This document shows positions 40,144-48,976 of a stretch of DNA of 64,000 nt, piece by piece; position 1 is the stretch's first letter, and every line of letters starts with the position of its first letter. The stretch is from positions 192,001-256,000 of the forward strand of contig CAVUCU010000001.1 in assembly GCA_963740085.1 (NCBI GenBank), read 5' to 3'. The notes beneath the pieces are model-generated. The model was not told where the DNA came from and did no database searches. It saw nothing but the letters and a program-made list of their open reading frames with translations. The translations under genes and the position numbers were made by a program. This stretch comes from Nitrospirota bacterium. Lineage in GTDB: Bacteria > Nitrospirota > UBA9217.

Positions 40144-40277
40144 ACGAGTCTCACCTCCGTTTGTTCTCGATCAAAATGTCGGGAAAGCCATCCCTTTGAA
40201 GCAGTCTTCGCCAGGTCTGACGGTTTGACAACCCTCATTTCCCGTCACCTGTCCCTCCTGAAAACCCATCGTGATCT

Positions 40278-40472
40278 TTATTTTTCACCACTTACTTTTT
40301 TAGCGCCCAGACACTGAGGACAGACGCTTTTCCCTGTTCCGTGACAATTCGGACAGGGCCTTTGAGACGCATTGGCACTGTGCTGTCTTCCCTGCCCGTG
40401 GCAGACTGGACAGGTTATGAAACCCTTGGCGCTGCATTCCGGGCACGGAATTGTTGCCATTTTATTTGTCAT
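40278..40472 (-). CDS. Small DnaJ-type zinc-finger protein
   Basis: Four CxxCxxxG repeats. Confidence 0.75.
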   Translation of the reverse strand: MTNKMATIPCPECSAKGFITCPVCHGQGRQHSANASQRPCPNCHGTGKSVCPQCLGAKKVSGEK

Positions 40473-40548
40473 CTGTTACCCCCTGTTCTGATAAGGCGTC
40501 GGAATCGTCCGCTCAAAAAATGATCCTCTCCTCTCCTCTCCCCTCGCC

Positions 40549-41523
40549 TCACCCCACCACCTTCAGCACGATCTTGCCTGTGGACTTCCTCCCCTCGAGC
40601 AGCCGATGGGCCTGGGCGGCATCGGCAAGCGGCAGGACCGTGTCCACCTTGAGCTTGAGCCAGCCTTCCCTGATCCCCGTGAACACTGCACTTGACCGCA
40701 TCTTTACGTCCGGCCCGTTCGCGGCGAAGTGTACAAGGCTTCCTCCGGACAGGTTGATCGATTTCTGCATGAGCGAGTTCGGTACGATGGGGTCGGCGGG
40801 CCCGCTCGCCGCTCCGTAGATGACGATCTGGCCATGGGTCGCCACAGATTCCAGGTCGCCTGCAAAGGTGCTTTTGCCCACGCCGTCCAGGATGAGCGGG
40901 ACGCCGCGCCCTTCAGTGATCTTGCTGATCTCGGCAACGAAATCCTGACTGTTGTATAGGATCACGTGATCAGCGCCCGCTGCCCTGGCCACCTGCGCCT
41001 TTTCCTCCGTAGAGACCGTACCGATGACCGTGGCGCCCAAGTGCCTTGCCCACTGTACCAGAAGCCGCCCAACACCGCCAGCCGCCGCATGTACCAGCAC
41101 CGTGTCTCCCTTCCCCGGTTTGCGGTACTCATGGATAAGGTAATGCGCCGTCATCCCCTGAAGCGGGACCCCCGCTGCCTCGGTGAATGGGAGGTCCGCA
41201 GGGAGCTGGATCAGCCTCCATTGGTCGACAACGTTGTATTCGCTATAGCTCCCGAGCTTTCCGGTATATGCCACCCGGTCGCCTGGGCGGAAACCGGCCA
41301 CGTCCCTGCCCACTTCCTCCACCACACCCGCTGCCTCCAGCCCCGGGATGAAGGGCAGCTTCTGGGGATAGTAGCCCCGCCGGTGATAGATGTCCACGAA
41401 GTTGACTCCCGCGACGTGGATCCTGACGAGGACCTGACCCGCGGCAGGTTTTGGCGCGAGTTCCGATTCCGATAATCTCAGCACATCGGCGTCGCCGTAA
41501 GATGTTACCTTGATCGCTTTCAT
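40549..41523 (-). CDS. qor: NADPH:quinone oxidoreductase (MDR family)
   Basis: GVNFVD, PGLEAAG, LQGMTAHYL, HAAAGGVG, STGKIVL; ATG 41523 after GGAGG. Confidence 0.9.
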   Translation of the reverse strand: MKAIKVTSYGDADVLRLSESELAPKPAAGQVLVRIHVAGVNFVDIYHRRGYYPQKLPFIPGLEAAGVVEEVGRDVAGFRPGDRVAYTGKLGSYSEYNVVDQWRLIQLPADLPFTEAAGVPLQGMTAHYLIHEYRKPGKGDTVLVHAAAGGVGRLLVQWARHLGATVIGTVSTEEKAQVARAAGADHVILYNSQDFVAEISKITEGRGVPLILDGVGKSTFAGDLESVATHGQIVIYGAASGPADPIVPNSLMQKSINLSGGSLVHFAANGPDVKMRSSAVFTGIREGWLKLKVDTVLPLADAAQAHRLLEGRKSTGKIVLKVVG

Positions 41524-41690
41524 GATCGCATCCCCTCCCTTGTCACGCATCTGCAGCATTATTCTCCTGAAGAGAATGCGGCGGATATTTGCCTGATAAA
41601 AGCATAGCACATTTTTTATGGGCTGGAGACAAGCTTCAAGGAAATATCGTCGAATAGAGTATGCGCAGAAGGTATGGGGCTGAGAAACAG

Positions 41691-41739
41691 TTTTGCGTTT
41701 TGCGTTTTGCGTTTTGCATTTTGCGTTTTGCGTTTTAGT
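41691..41739. repeat. Heptamer tandem repeat (TTTTGCG)x6 plus one degenerate unit
   Basis: Directly visible; one unit is TTTTGCA and the last is TTTTAGT. Confidence 0.9.
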
Positions 41740-41795
41740 TTGACGCATTTCCCGGCATCCCCGGCTGCAGAATCTGCTAAACTCTGCAAGAACTG

Positions 41796-43715
41796 TCATA
41801 CCGGTCTTGCTTCTCCCCCGAACATTTCCACAATCTTCTTAACCAGGGCGGGCAGCGACGGGTCACGTGCTCCCATGAGCAGGACGCAGTCTTCCGCTTT
41901 CGCCTCGGCCTTTAATCTGGCCAACAGTTCATCGCGATCACCGACCGCTTGCGCAATGAATGCAACGGTGCCGAGGCCCTGAACAATATCGTCCGAGGAA
42001 ATATTTTTATGCGCCGTGCCCCCGGCGTAATAGATCGGCAGGAGATAGAGCGCGTCATTTTTTTTAAATGCCGTTCGAAAGGTTGCGATGTATTCATCCT
42101 TTAAGAAGCGCGTCGGACCGAACCCATGAGGCTGGTACACGGCAATGACGCGTGCGGAAAGGCCCCGCGCGGCGCGGACGACAGCCGCTATCTTTGCCGG
42201 ATTATGCGCAAAGTCGTCGACCACATGCACGTTCTGCTTTGTGCTGGTCAGGGAAAAACGCCGGGCAACTCCCTCATAATTCCTTACCGCATCGGCAAGC
42301 GCCGCTTCTTCGCATCCGAAATGCTCGCACACACAAAGCGCCGCACACAGGTTTTCAAGATTGTGCTTGCCGGGAAGCGGCAGATGATATTCGATGTTAC
42401 TCTTAAAAAGCTTGACCGAAGTCGGCAAGAGCTGTTCACGATCGGGCCGCCACGAGCTTAAACCATTGCGGCCGAAGCGTACGGTTGCAGGAAAGGACGC
42501 AAGGGCCGGATCATCGGCATTTGAAGCCGTCCAGGGAGATTGTGCAGCGAGCGTCTCGAAAAGCGACCTTATCTCGTCAACGCCTTTATGGTCCTTGGAG
42601 ATATTCAGGAACACCGCTGCCTCCGGACGGTATTTGACGAGCGTTCCGTCGCTTTCGTCCGCCTCCACCACCAGGATATCTGAGCCGCCGCTCCAGGCAT
42701 TGCCGATAAGCCCCTGCCTTTCGAGCCTGCGCAGGCCCGCACCGCTTATGAGTGAGGGCGATTTTCCGCACGCGGTCAGGAATTCGAATATCATCGCGGT
42801 CACCGTCGATTTGCCGCTGGTGCCCGCGACCGCAATGGTCTTTTTTGTCGCGATGATCGCGGCAAGCAGATCGGAGCGATGGACGATGGGAAGACCGCAA
42901 CTGCGCGCGGCAGCGATGTCGGGATTTGATTCTTCTATCGCTGTTGAGATGCAGACCACATCGGTATCCGCACCCACACCCGAACCGTCTTGACGAACGA
43001 TGGTACACCCCAGGCCTTCAAGCGATTGCCGGATCGAGGCGGTATCCTCACTTGCATGGAAGCGATCGGAACCCGAGACCCCGATCCCCTGAAAGCGCAG
43101 GTATTGCGCGAGCGCGCTCATGCCGCTGCCGAAGATGCCGGTAAAATGCACGTTGCGGCACTGGTGTTCATTGATAACAATTGGTAGCGGATCGATGTAA
43201 ACGAGCGTGCCCTCATTCACCGCATCATATAGGCGAATGACATCGTGATTTCGAAGGCATACGCACCCGTGCGACAGCGGAGTGCCAACCATGTCCTCAC
43301 GACCGGTGCCGTGTATATAGATGTAACGCTCGTAGGTGTCCACCCCGGCGCCCTTATTGATCCCCTCCTCAAGGCCCTCGAGCCACAGAATGCGGGTCAG
43401 GATCAGGTTGTCTCCATTCTGGCTGTGGTCCCAGTCCATGCCCTGATCCTCGCGGTCTTTGAAAACGCGACCAGCAGGCGCTCCCGCCCCGAACTTCTCC
43501 CTGATCCGATGAATACCAAGAGGCGTTTTAAGCGAGTTCTCCCGATTGCCGTTGCCAAAACGGGAGGTGGAGGCATCATACTGCTCGACAATGGTGTCGT
43601 TCATGCAGACAAGGAGCGTTTGCGTCTCAATGGAGACCACGAGAAAGAGCTCTCGCGGGTCAACAAATAACCTTCGTAATTTTTCGTAAATGCCGCGTAA
43701 TCGAACTTTTTCCAT
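41796..43715 (-). CDS. YkuD (L,D-transpeptidase/carboxypeptidase) domain fused to a MurC/Mpl-like Mur ligase
   Basis: N-terminal KTPLG..ILTRILWLEGLE..YIYIHGT..SHGCV; C-terminal HFTGIFGSGMSALA, AGTSGKST, EADESDG, DDFAHNP, YQPHG; no signal peptide. Confidence 0.88.
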   Translation of the reverse strand: MEKVRLRGIYEKLRRLFVDPRELFLVVSIETQTLLVCMNDTIVEQYDASTSRFGNGNRENSLKTPLGIHRIREKFGAGAPAGRVFKDREDQGMDWDHSQNGDNLILTRILWLEGLEEGINKGAGVDTYERYIYIHGTGREDMVGTPLSHGCVCLRNHDVIRLYDAVNEGTLVYIDPLPIVINEHQCRNVHFTGIFGSGMSALAQYLRFQGIGVSGSDRFHASEDTASIRQSLEGLGCTIVRQDGSGVGADTDVVCISTAIEESNPDIAAARSCGLPIVHRSDLLAAIIATKKTIAVAGTSGKSTVTAMIFEFLTACGKSPSLISGAGLRRLERQGLIGNAWSGGSDILVVEADESDGTLVKYRPEAAVFLNISKDHKGVDEIRSLFETLAAQSPWTASNADDPALASFPATVRFGRNGLSSWRPDREQLLPTSVKLFKSNIEYHLPLPGKHNLENLCAALCVCEHFGCEEAALADAVRNYEGVARRFSLTSTKQNVHVVDDFAHNPAKIAAVVRAARGLSARVIAVYQPHGFGPTRFLKDEYIATFRTAFKKNDALYLLPIYYAGGTAHKNISSDDIVQGLGTVAFIAQAVGDRDELLARLKAEAKAEDCVLLMGARDPSLPALVKKIVEMFGGEARPV

Positions 43716-43906
43716 AAAGAAATTATTCTACCTGTTCAGCTTAAGATGTCAGCAAAATACTGTATTTCGGAGAAAACGACAAGAAAAAAAAGACGGGGCA
43801 TCAATAACCTTCGCCCTTGACAATCAGTTGTGCATCCGTAATAATGCTGTCAGTCATGCTTGCTCCCTGCCAATTAAAGAGAAGCAAATCTTGCAGCGGA
43901 AAATAA

Positions 43907-44953
43907 ATGGACAAGAACGAATGGCGTATGATGATGCAGCAGAAGGCATTCACTCTTATTGAACTTATAAGTACCATAGTGATCCTGGGGCTGCTTGCCG
44001 CAGTCGTCATTGTCAGGTACGTCGATCTTCGTCCTGATGCCGACAGAGCAGTTGAGCTTAATGTGGTGGGTGCCGTAAAAACGGGCATCAGCAACTATAA
44101 GCTTCACTCGTCATTGTCGAACGGAACCTCTGCATTTCCAACGGTACTTGACAATGCCGCCAATGGCGATGTTTCTTCGAGCAACCCCTTTTTTACCATA
44201 GTTCTTTCTCAGACAGGCATCAGCAAATGGTCTAAATCGGGACTTTCCTATCTTGCCCCCTCAGGCAGCATCTACACATATAATCCACAAACGGGAGCGT
44301 TTGAAACGAATGTCGGGTTAGTATCCGACTGGAGCATGAATGAGGGAAGCGGTACCACCATCGGGCAAGGGGCATATCAGGGCTCGATAATAGGCGACGC
44401 CGTTTGGACAAATGGAAAGGTAGGAGATGCGTTGCATTTTGACGGGGTTGACAGCCGGGTGAGCATTCCGGATTCACCCTCTCTCGATCTGACGACGTCC
44501 GGCACGGTCGGGGCGTGGGTCTATATGGACTCGATAACGCCTTTCGGCGGTATTATTCATAAGGGCGACCAAACGAATTTCTCCGATGAGGCTTATTCAC
44601 TGCAGTTCTGGACCGGAAACACGGCTATTCTCGGCATAACAGATAATTCCGGCGTCCTGCATATGGTCCAGACAAATACGGTCTTCTCTCCGAACGCCTG
44701 GTACTATATTGTAGGCACGTGGGACTCGACAGGAATGAAAATATACGTCAACGGCACTCTGGACAAATCGACCACAGACACCGGTGTGGCAAAAATTTCT
44801 GCAGGCAGTCTAAATATCGGTGCCCAGACGAGTACTTATTATAACGGGACATACCACAATTTTCCCTTTCAAGGCAACATTGACGAAGCCACGATCCATA
44901 ACACGGCGCTTTCTTCCGACGAGATAAAACTTTATTACAATTCTACAAAATAA
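43907..44953 (+). CDS. Type IV prepilin-like protein fused to a LamG-like domain
   Basis: KA-FTLIELISTIVILGLLAAV prepilin motif; C-terminal GKVGDALHFDG..WYYIVGTWD..IYVNG..FQGNIDE; exact start uncertain. Confidence 0.85.
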   Translation: MDKNEWRMMMQQKAFTLIELISTIVILGLLAAVVIVRYVDLRPDADRAVELNVVGAVKTGISNYKLHSSLSNGTSAFPTVLDNAANGDVSSSNPFFTIVLSQTGISKWSKSGLSYLAPSGSIYTYNPQTGAFETNVGLVSDWSMNEGSGTTIGQGAYQGSIIGDAVWTNGKVGDALHFDGVDSRVSIPDSPSLDLTTSGTVGAWVYMDSITPFGGIIHKGDQTNFSDEAYSLQFWTGNTAILGITDNSGVLHMVQTNTVFSPNAWYYIVGTWDSTGMKIYVNGTLDKSTTDTGVAKISAGSLNIGAQTSTYYNGTYHNFPFQGNIDEATIHNTALSSDEIKLYYNSTK

Positions 44954-44982
44954 GTAAAGGATATTTCCGATACCAGCGTTGA

Positions 44983-45528
44983 TCACGTGCGCTCAAGGAC
45001 AATCGGCAGGACGGCATGTTCCTGCAATGCCCGTTGGGCGGCCTCCCTCAGTTTGTCTTTCCCGAGATCTTCTTTGCCAGCCATCTGTTCAACCTCTATC
45101 CTCACCACACCGGTGATGCCAAGTTTGTCTTCGGCAAAATCTCCGTAGCCGCCTTCGGGCTGGTATTTCCGCATGAGCAGCTTCAGAGCGGCCAGGCGCT
45201 CTCCGCGGTCCTCAAGGATATGCGCTCTGCCCCTGATGATGACGCTCCGGTAGAGATACTCAGCCCTGCAGGGACTCGTGTCCGCCTTGACCAGGGCAAT
45301 GGGCTGGTCCACTTCGAAGCAGACCCGGTCGTCAAGCCGCATGTCGTCGATCTTCTCTCCCTCCCGCGCGGTGTGGAAGTAGATATTCCCGTTGTCGAAA
45401 ACGAAATTGAGCGGTTTGACCATGGGATATCCATCCTGTCCCCTGGTGCCCAACCTGCCTACGTGGCATTCCGTCAGTACCTGCAGTATGATACTCCGGT
45501 CAGTGATTGCCTTTTGGCTCCGGCGCAT
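44983..45528 (-). CDS. Pyridoxamine 5'-phosphate oxidase family (NimA-like) flavoprotein
   Basis: MRRSQK..VGRLG..IYFHTAREGEK..VCFEVD..YRSVIIRG. Confidence 0.9.
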   Translation of the reverse strand: MRRSQKAITDRSIILQVLTECHVGRLGTRGQDGYPMVKPLNFVFDNGNIYFHTAREGEKIDDMRLDDRVCFEVDQPIALVKADTSPCRAEYLYRSVIIRGRAHILEDRGERLAALKLLMRKYQPEGGYGDFAEDKLGITGVVRIEVEQMAGKEDLGKDKLREAAQRALQEHAVLPIVLERT

Positions 45529-45647
45529 GATTTCCTCCCGCGATCATTGAATGTCATTGCGAATGTGCTCTGTTTTATGGTAAAAGAGTCGACGGAGTGA
45601 AATTCCCGTCTCGTTCATGTGATCCACGGAAAAGAGGTCTTGACATC

Positions 45648-46097
45648 TTGGCGAATGATTCCGTCCTCCTCCGCTGTCCGTCGTGCAGGACCCTGAACCG
45701 GGTGCCTGAAGAGATGCTCAAGAGCCACCCGAAATGCGGCAAGTGCGCAACGCCGCTCACCTTTCCCGATAAACCGGTGTCTGTCACAACCGCAAACTTC
45801 GATCAGGAGGTCCGAGACTGGCCGGAATTGCTCCTGGTCGAATTCTGGGCCACATGGTGCGGATACAGCCGCGCGGCGGAGCCGCTGGTAAACGACCTTG
45901 CTTCCTGGAGAGCGGGAAAACTGAAGGTGATCAAAGTGGACGTAGACGCGGAGCCCGTCCTTGCGCAGCGTTTCACGGTCAAGGCAACACCGACCTTCAT
46001 CATGTACCGGAGCGGCCGCCAACTCGCCCGCATGGACGGCGCGCCAAAGGAAAAGCTTGAACTGATCCAGTGGGTCGACCGTTTTCTGAAGGGGTGA
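45648..46097 (+). CDS. Thioredoxin 2 (TrxC)-like protein with CxxS active site
   Basis: Zn ribbon CPSC..NRV..CGKC, then EFWATWCGYS; probable TTG start. Confidence 0.85.
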   Translation: MANDSVLLRCPSCRTLNRVPEEMLKSHPKCGKCATPLTFPDKPVSVTTANFDQEVRDWPELLLVEFWATWCGYSRAAEPLVNDLASWRAGKLKVIKVDVDAEPVLAQRFTVKATPTFIMYRSGRQLARMDGAPKEKLELIQWVDRFLKG

Positions 46098-46355
46098 GCC
46101 ATCCCTGTCGGTCAATGCAAGTCAGCGGGTTACTGCGAGAACCGTATGGTTCGCAAGTTGCAGGAATAGTTGCGGGAACTGAAAAAGTGTATCAGAAATA
46201 AAATGTTTTGTAAAAGAATTTGTCTTGATTGTTTGACAGTATGCTCAAGGCGCGACCGAATCGAATTTGACAATGCCTGAATTTCTGGTTAACATATGAA
46301 TTGAGGCGCAATCAAAAGATTGTTTTCGGCAATTCAAGGCAGAACACCTATCCTT

Positions 46356-47807
46356 ATGCTCAGAAAGATCTCCTCCACTCTCATCCTGCTCTTCTGGTTC
46401 ACCATGCTCGGCCTCCTGATCGAGAAGACCTACATCCGCCCCTCCTCGGTCATCGCCCTGGACATGGTCACGCAAGAAGGCGTACGCGCGACGGATGAAT
46501 GGTTCGGCATCTACCAGCAGGGCAAAAAGATCGGCTATGCGCACTCGCGGACCATCCCTGAGGCGGAAACCTATCACCTCTACGAGGAATCCGAGATGGA
46601 CATCCTCGCTCTCGGCTCGGTACATCGGGTAAAGACGATCATCAACAGCTACACCACGAAAAACTTCCTGCTCAAGTATTTCGATTTCATGCTTCAATCC
46701 GATATGACCACGATGAAGATCAAGGGCGCGGTGCTCAAGAATAAACTTGTTCTCGATATCAATACCGGCGGTCAGACCCGGACCGAGAAGATCAAGCTCA
46801 CCCGTCCACCCTACCTCTCGCCGAACATCAAACCGGCCATTCTGCTGATGGGGCTTGAAACGGGCAAGACGTACCGGTTCCCGCTTTTCAATCCCGCGAC
46901 CATGAGCACCGAGGAATCCACGATCTCCGTTGAATCAAAAGACCGCATCAAGATCGGCGAAACAGAGCAGACTATTTACAAGCTGAAAGAATCGTTCCAG
47001 GGTATGGAGACAACGTCGTGGATATCGCAGGACGGCGAAACGATCAAAGAGGAAAGTGCCCTTGGTTACAGCCTGTTGAAGGAAAGCAAGGCTGAAGCGA
47101 TGAAACGTGACAAAGGCGGACCGATTGTTGATATCATAACACTGACCATGATTCCGTCTGATACGATAAAAGACTCTTCTCAGGTTACCTATCTGCGTGC
47201 ACGGCTGAAGGGCGTTTTGCTGCAGGGATTCCAGCTGGACAACGACCGTCAGACGCTCAATGGTGAGGTGATAGAGATCCGCAAGGAAGACTATCCGGCG
47301 GCGTATCGCCTGCCCTATTCCGGAAAAGACCTGGCTGAATATCTGTTGCCGAATGCCTTGATCCAGAGCGACGACAAAAAGATCATCGATCAGGCCTCAA
47401 AGATCCTGTCTGGCGAGAAAAACGCCCGTGAGGCCGCGAAAAAACTGAACGATTGGGTGTATACCGCTCTGGCGAAGAAACCCGTCATCAGCATCCCAAG
47501 CGCGCTCGAAATCCTGAACCAGCGTGAAGGAGACTGCAACGAACACACCGCACTTTATACCGCGCTGGCCCGCGCGGTGGGCATCCCGACCCGCATGGCG
47601 GCCGGCATCGTCTATATGGGAAACGGTTTCTACTACCATGCCTGGCCGGAGGTCTGGGTCGGCCATTGGATGCCTGTTGACCCTACCTTCAACCAGTTCC
47701 CCGCTGACGCAACACACATCCGATTTGCCACGGGCAACCTCGATCGGCAATCCGATATCATCAGGCTGGTCGGAAAGCTGAAGGTGGAGGTTTTGGAGTA
47801 TAAATAG
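46356..47807 (+). CDS. Transglutaminase-like domain protein, membrane-anchored
   Basis: N-terminal TM; GDCNEH, YHAWPEV, VDPT catalytic triad motifs. Confidence 0.9.
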   Translation: MLRKISSTLILLFWFTMLGLLIEKTYIRPSSVIALDMVTQEGVRATDEWFGIYQQGKKIGYAHSRTIPEAETYHLYEESEMDILALGSVHRVKTIINSYTTKNFLLKYFDFMLQSDMTTMKIKGAVLKNKLVLDINTGGQTRTEKIKLTRPPYLSPNIKPAILLMGLETGKTYRFPLFNPATMSTEESTISVESKDRIKIGETEQTIYKLKESFQGMETTSWISQDGETIKEESALGYSLLKESKAEAMKRDKGGPIVDIITLTMIPSDTIKDSSQVTYLRARLKGVLLQGFQLDNDRQTLNGEVIEIRKEDYPAAYRLPYSGKDLAEYLLPNALIQSDDKKIIDQASKILSGEKNAREAAKKLNDWVYTALAKKPVISIPSALEILNQREGDCNEHTALYTALARAVGIPTRMAAGIVYMGNGFYYHAWPEVWVGHWMPVDPTFNQFPADATHIRFATGNLDRQSDIIRLVGKLKVEVLEYK

Positions 47808-47813
47808 GATTTT

Positions 47814-47981
47814 TTCACCACGGAGGCACGGAGACACAGAGGATTACTTTATATCTTAAACAGAATAACAAGAGTAAAGATATATACTAGACGCAACTTT
47901 TTTAAAAGACCAGAGATTGCCCAAGTTTTTAATCTCTTATTATTCTGAGCCTTTCTCCGTGCCTCCGCGTCTCCGTGGTAA
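47814..47981. repeat. Palindromic element with 8-bp periodic arms and an AT-rich spacer
   Basis: TTCAC-CACGGAGG-CACGGAGA-CACAGAGG ... TCTCCGTG-CCTCCGCG-TCTCCGTG-GTAA. Confidence 0.85.
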
Positions 47982-48047
47982 TAGTGTATTTGACCTTAGT
48001 TTTTGCAGTTCATGAAATTTCGTGGATGTCGCGGCTAAACAATAACT

Positions 48048-48776
48048 ATGATCAAACTCGTCAACCTCACCAAGAATTACGGCAAGCTTACCGCCGTGAA
48101 CAAGATCAACCTCGACGTGGCCCGGGGCCAGCTCTTCGGGTTCCTCGGCCCGAACGGAGCGGGCAAGACCACGACCATCAAGATGATGGCGGGCCTGCTC
48201 CAGCCCACCAACGGCAGTATCCTCATCGATGGTCATGACGTGCAGAAAGAGCCTATCAAGGCAAAGTCCATCATTGGCTTCATCCCGGACAGACCGTTCC
48301 TGTACGAGAAGCTCACGGCAACGGAATTCATGCATTTTGTGGCCGAGTTGTACGACATGAGGGACCCGGACAAGCGCGTCAGCGAGCTCCTCGAACTGTT
48401 CGGCCTGCCTGAATGGGCCAATGAACTGGTCGAGAACTTCTCGCACGGCATGAAACAGCGCCTCGTCATGGCCGCGGCCCTGTTGCATGACCCGAAAGTC
48501 TTGATAGTGGACGAGCCCATGGTCGGCCTGGACCCTCGCGGCGCGCGTCTCGTGAAGGACATCTTCAAGGAGCTTGCTGCAAAGGGCGTTACCGTCTTCA
48601 TGTCCACGCATACGCTCGAGATCGTGGAGCAGATGTGCACCCGTGTCGCCATCATCAATAGAGGTGATATCATCGCGGAAGGCAGCGTCGAAGACCTGGG
48701 CCGCATGGCGAGCATGCCCGAAAGCAATCTGGAACCGGTCTTCCTGAAACTGACGGGCGGGGACGAGGCAATATGA
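48048..48776 (+). CDS. ABC transporter ATP-binding protein
   Basis: GPNGAGKT, FSHGMKQR, IVDEP. Confidence 0.93.
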   Translation: MIKLVNLTKNYGKLTAVNKINLDVARGQLFGFLGPNGAGKTTTIKMMAGLLQPTNGSILIDGHDVQKEPIKAKSIIGFIPDRPFLYEKLTATEFMHFVAELYDMRDPDKRVSELLELFGLPEWANELVENFSHGMKQRLVMAAALLHDPKVLIVDEPMVGLDPRGARLVKDIFKELAAKGVTVFMSTHTLEIVEQMCTRVAIINRGDIIAEGSVEDLGRMASMPESNLEPVFLKLTGGDEAI

Positions 48777-48822
48777 ACTGGTTAACGCGGCATTGCCTCA
48801 TACCGATGAAGCAAAAGCAACA

Positions 48823-48918
48823 TTACCACGGAATTGCACGGAGGCGCACGGGAATAGAAAACTATCATTAAATGTGATAATAATGATCCGTAGCTTTTCG
48901 TGGCCCCTTCCGTGGTAA
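48823..48918. repeat. Palindromic element with ~10-bp periodic arms
   Basis: TTAC-CACGGAATTG-CACGGAGGCG-CACGG ... TCCGTAG..TTCGTGG..TTCCGTGGTAA. Confidence 0.75.
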
Positions 48919-48976
48919 AAACGTGACTCAAACTTAAAAATGATGGTTCGTAACGTCCTTTAATCCGGGAGCGAAC

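Noticed and set aside
40150-40270. Possible c-di-GMP riboswitch upstream of DUF3096
   Set aside because: No GEMM core (GGCAAACC..GAAA..GGGACGCAAAGC) could be matched.
41691-41739. CRISPR array or coding N-terminal extension of qor
   Set aside because: Plain 7-bp tandem repeat without spacers; qor has its own RBS and ATG at 41523, and the extension is repeat-derived.
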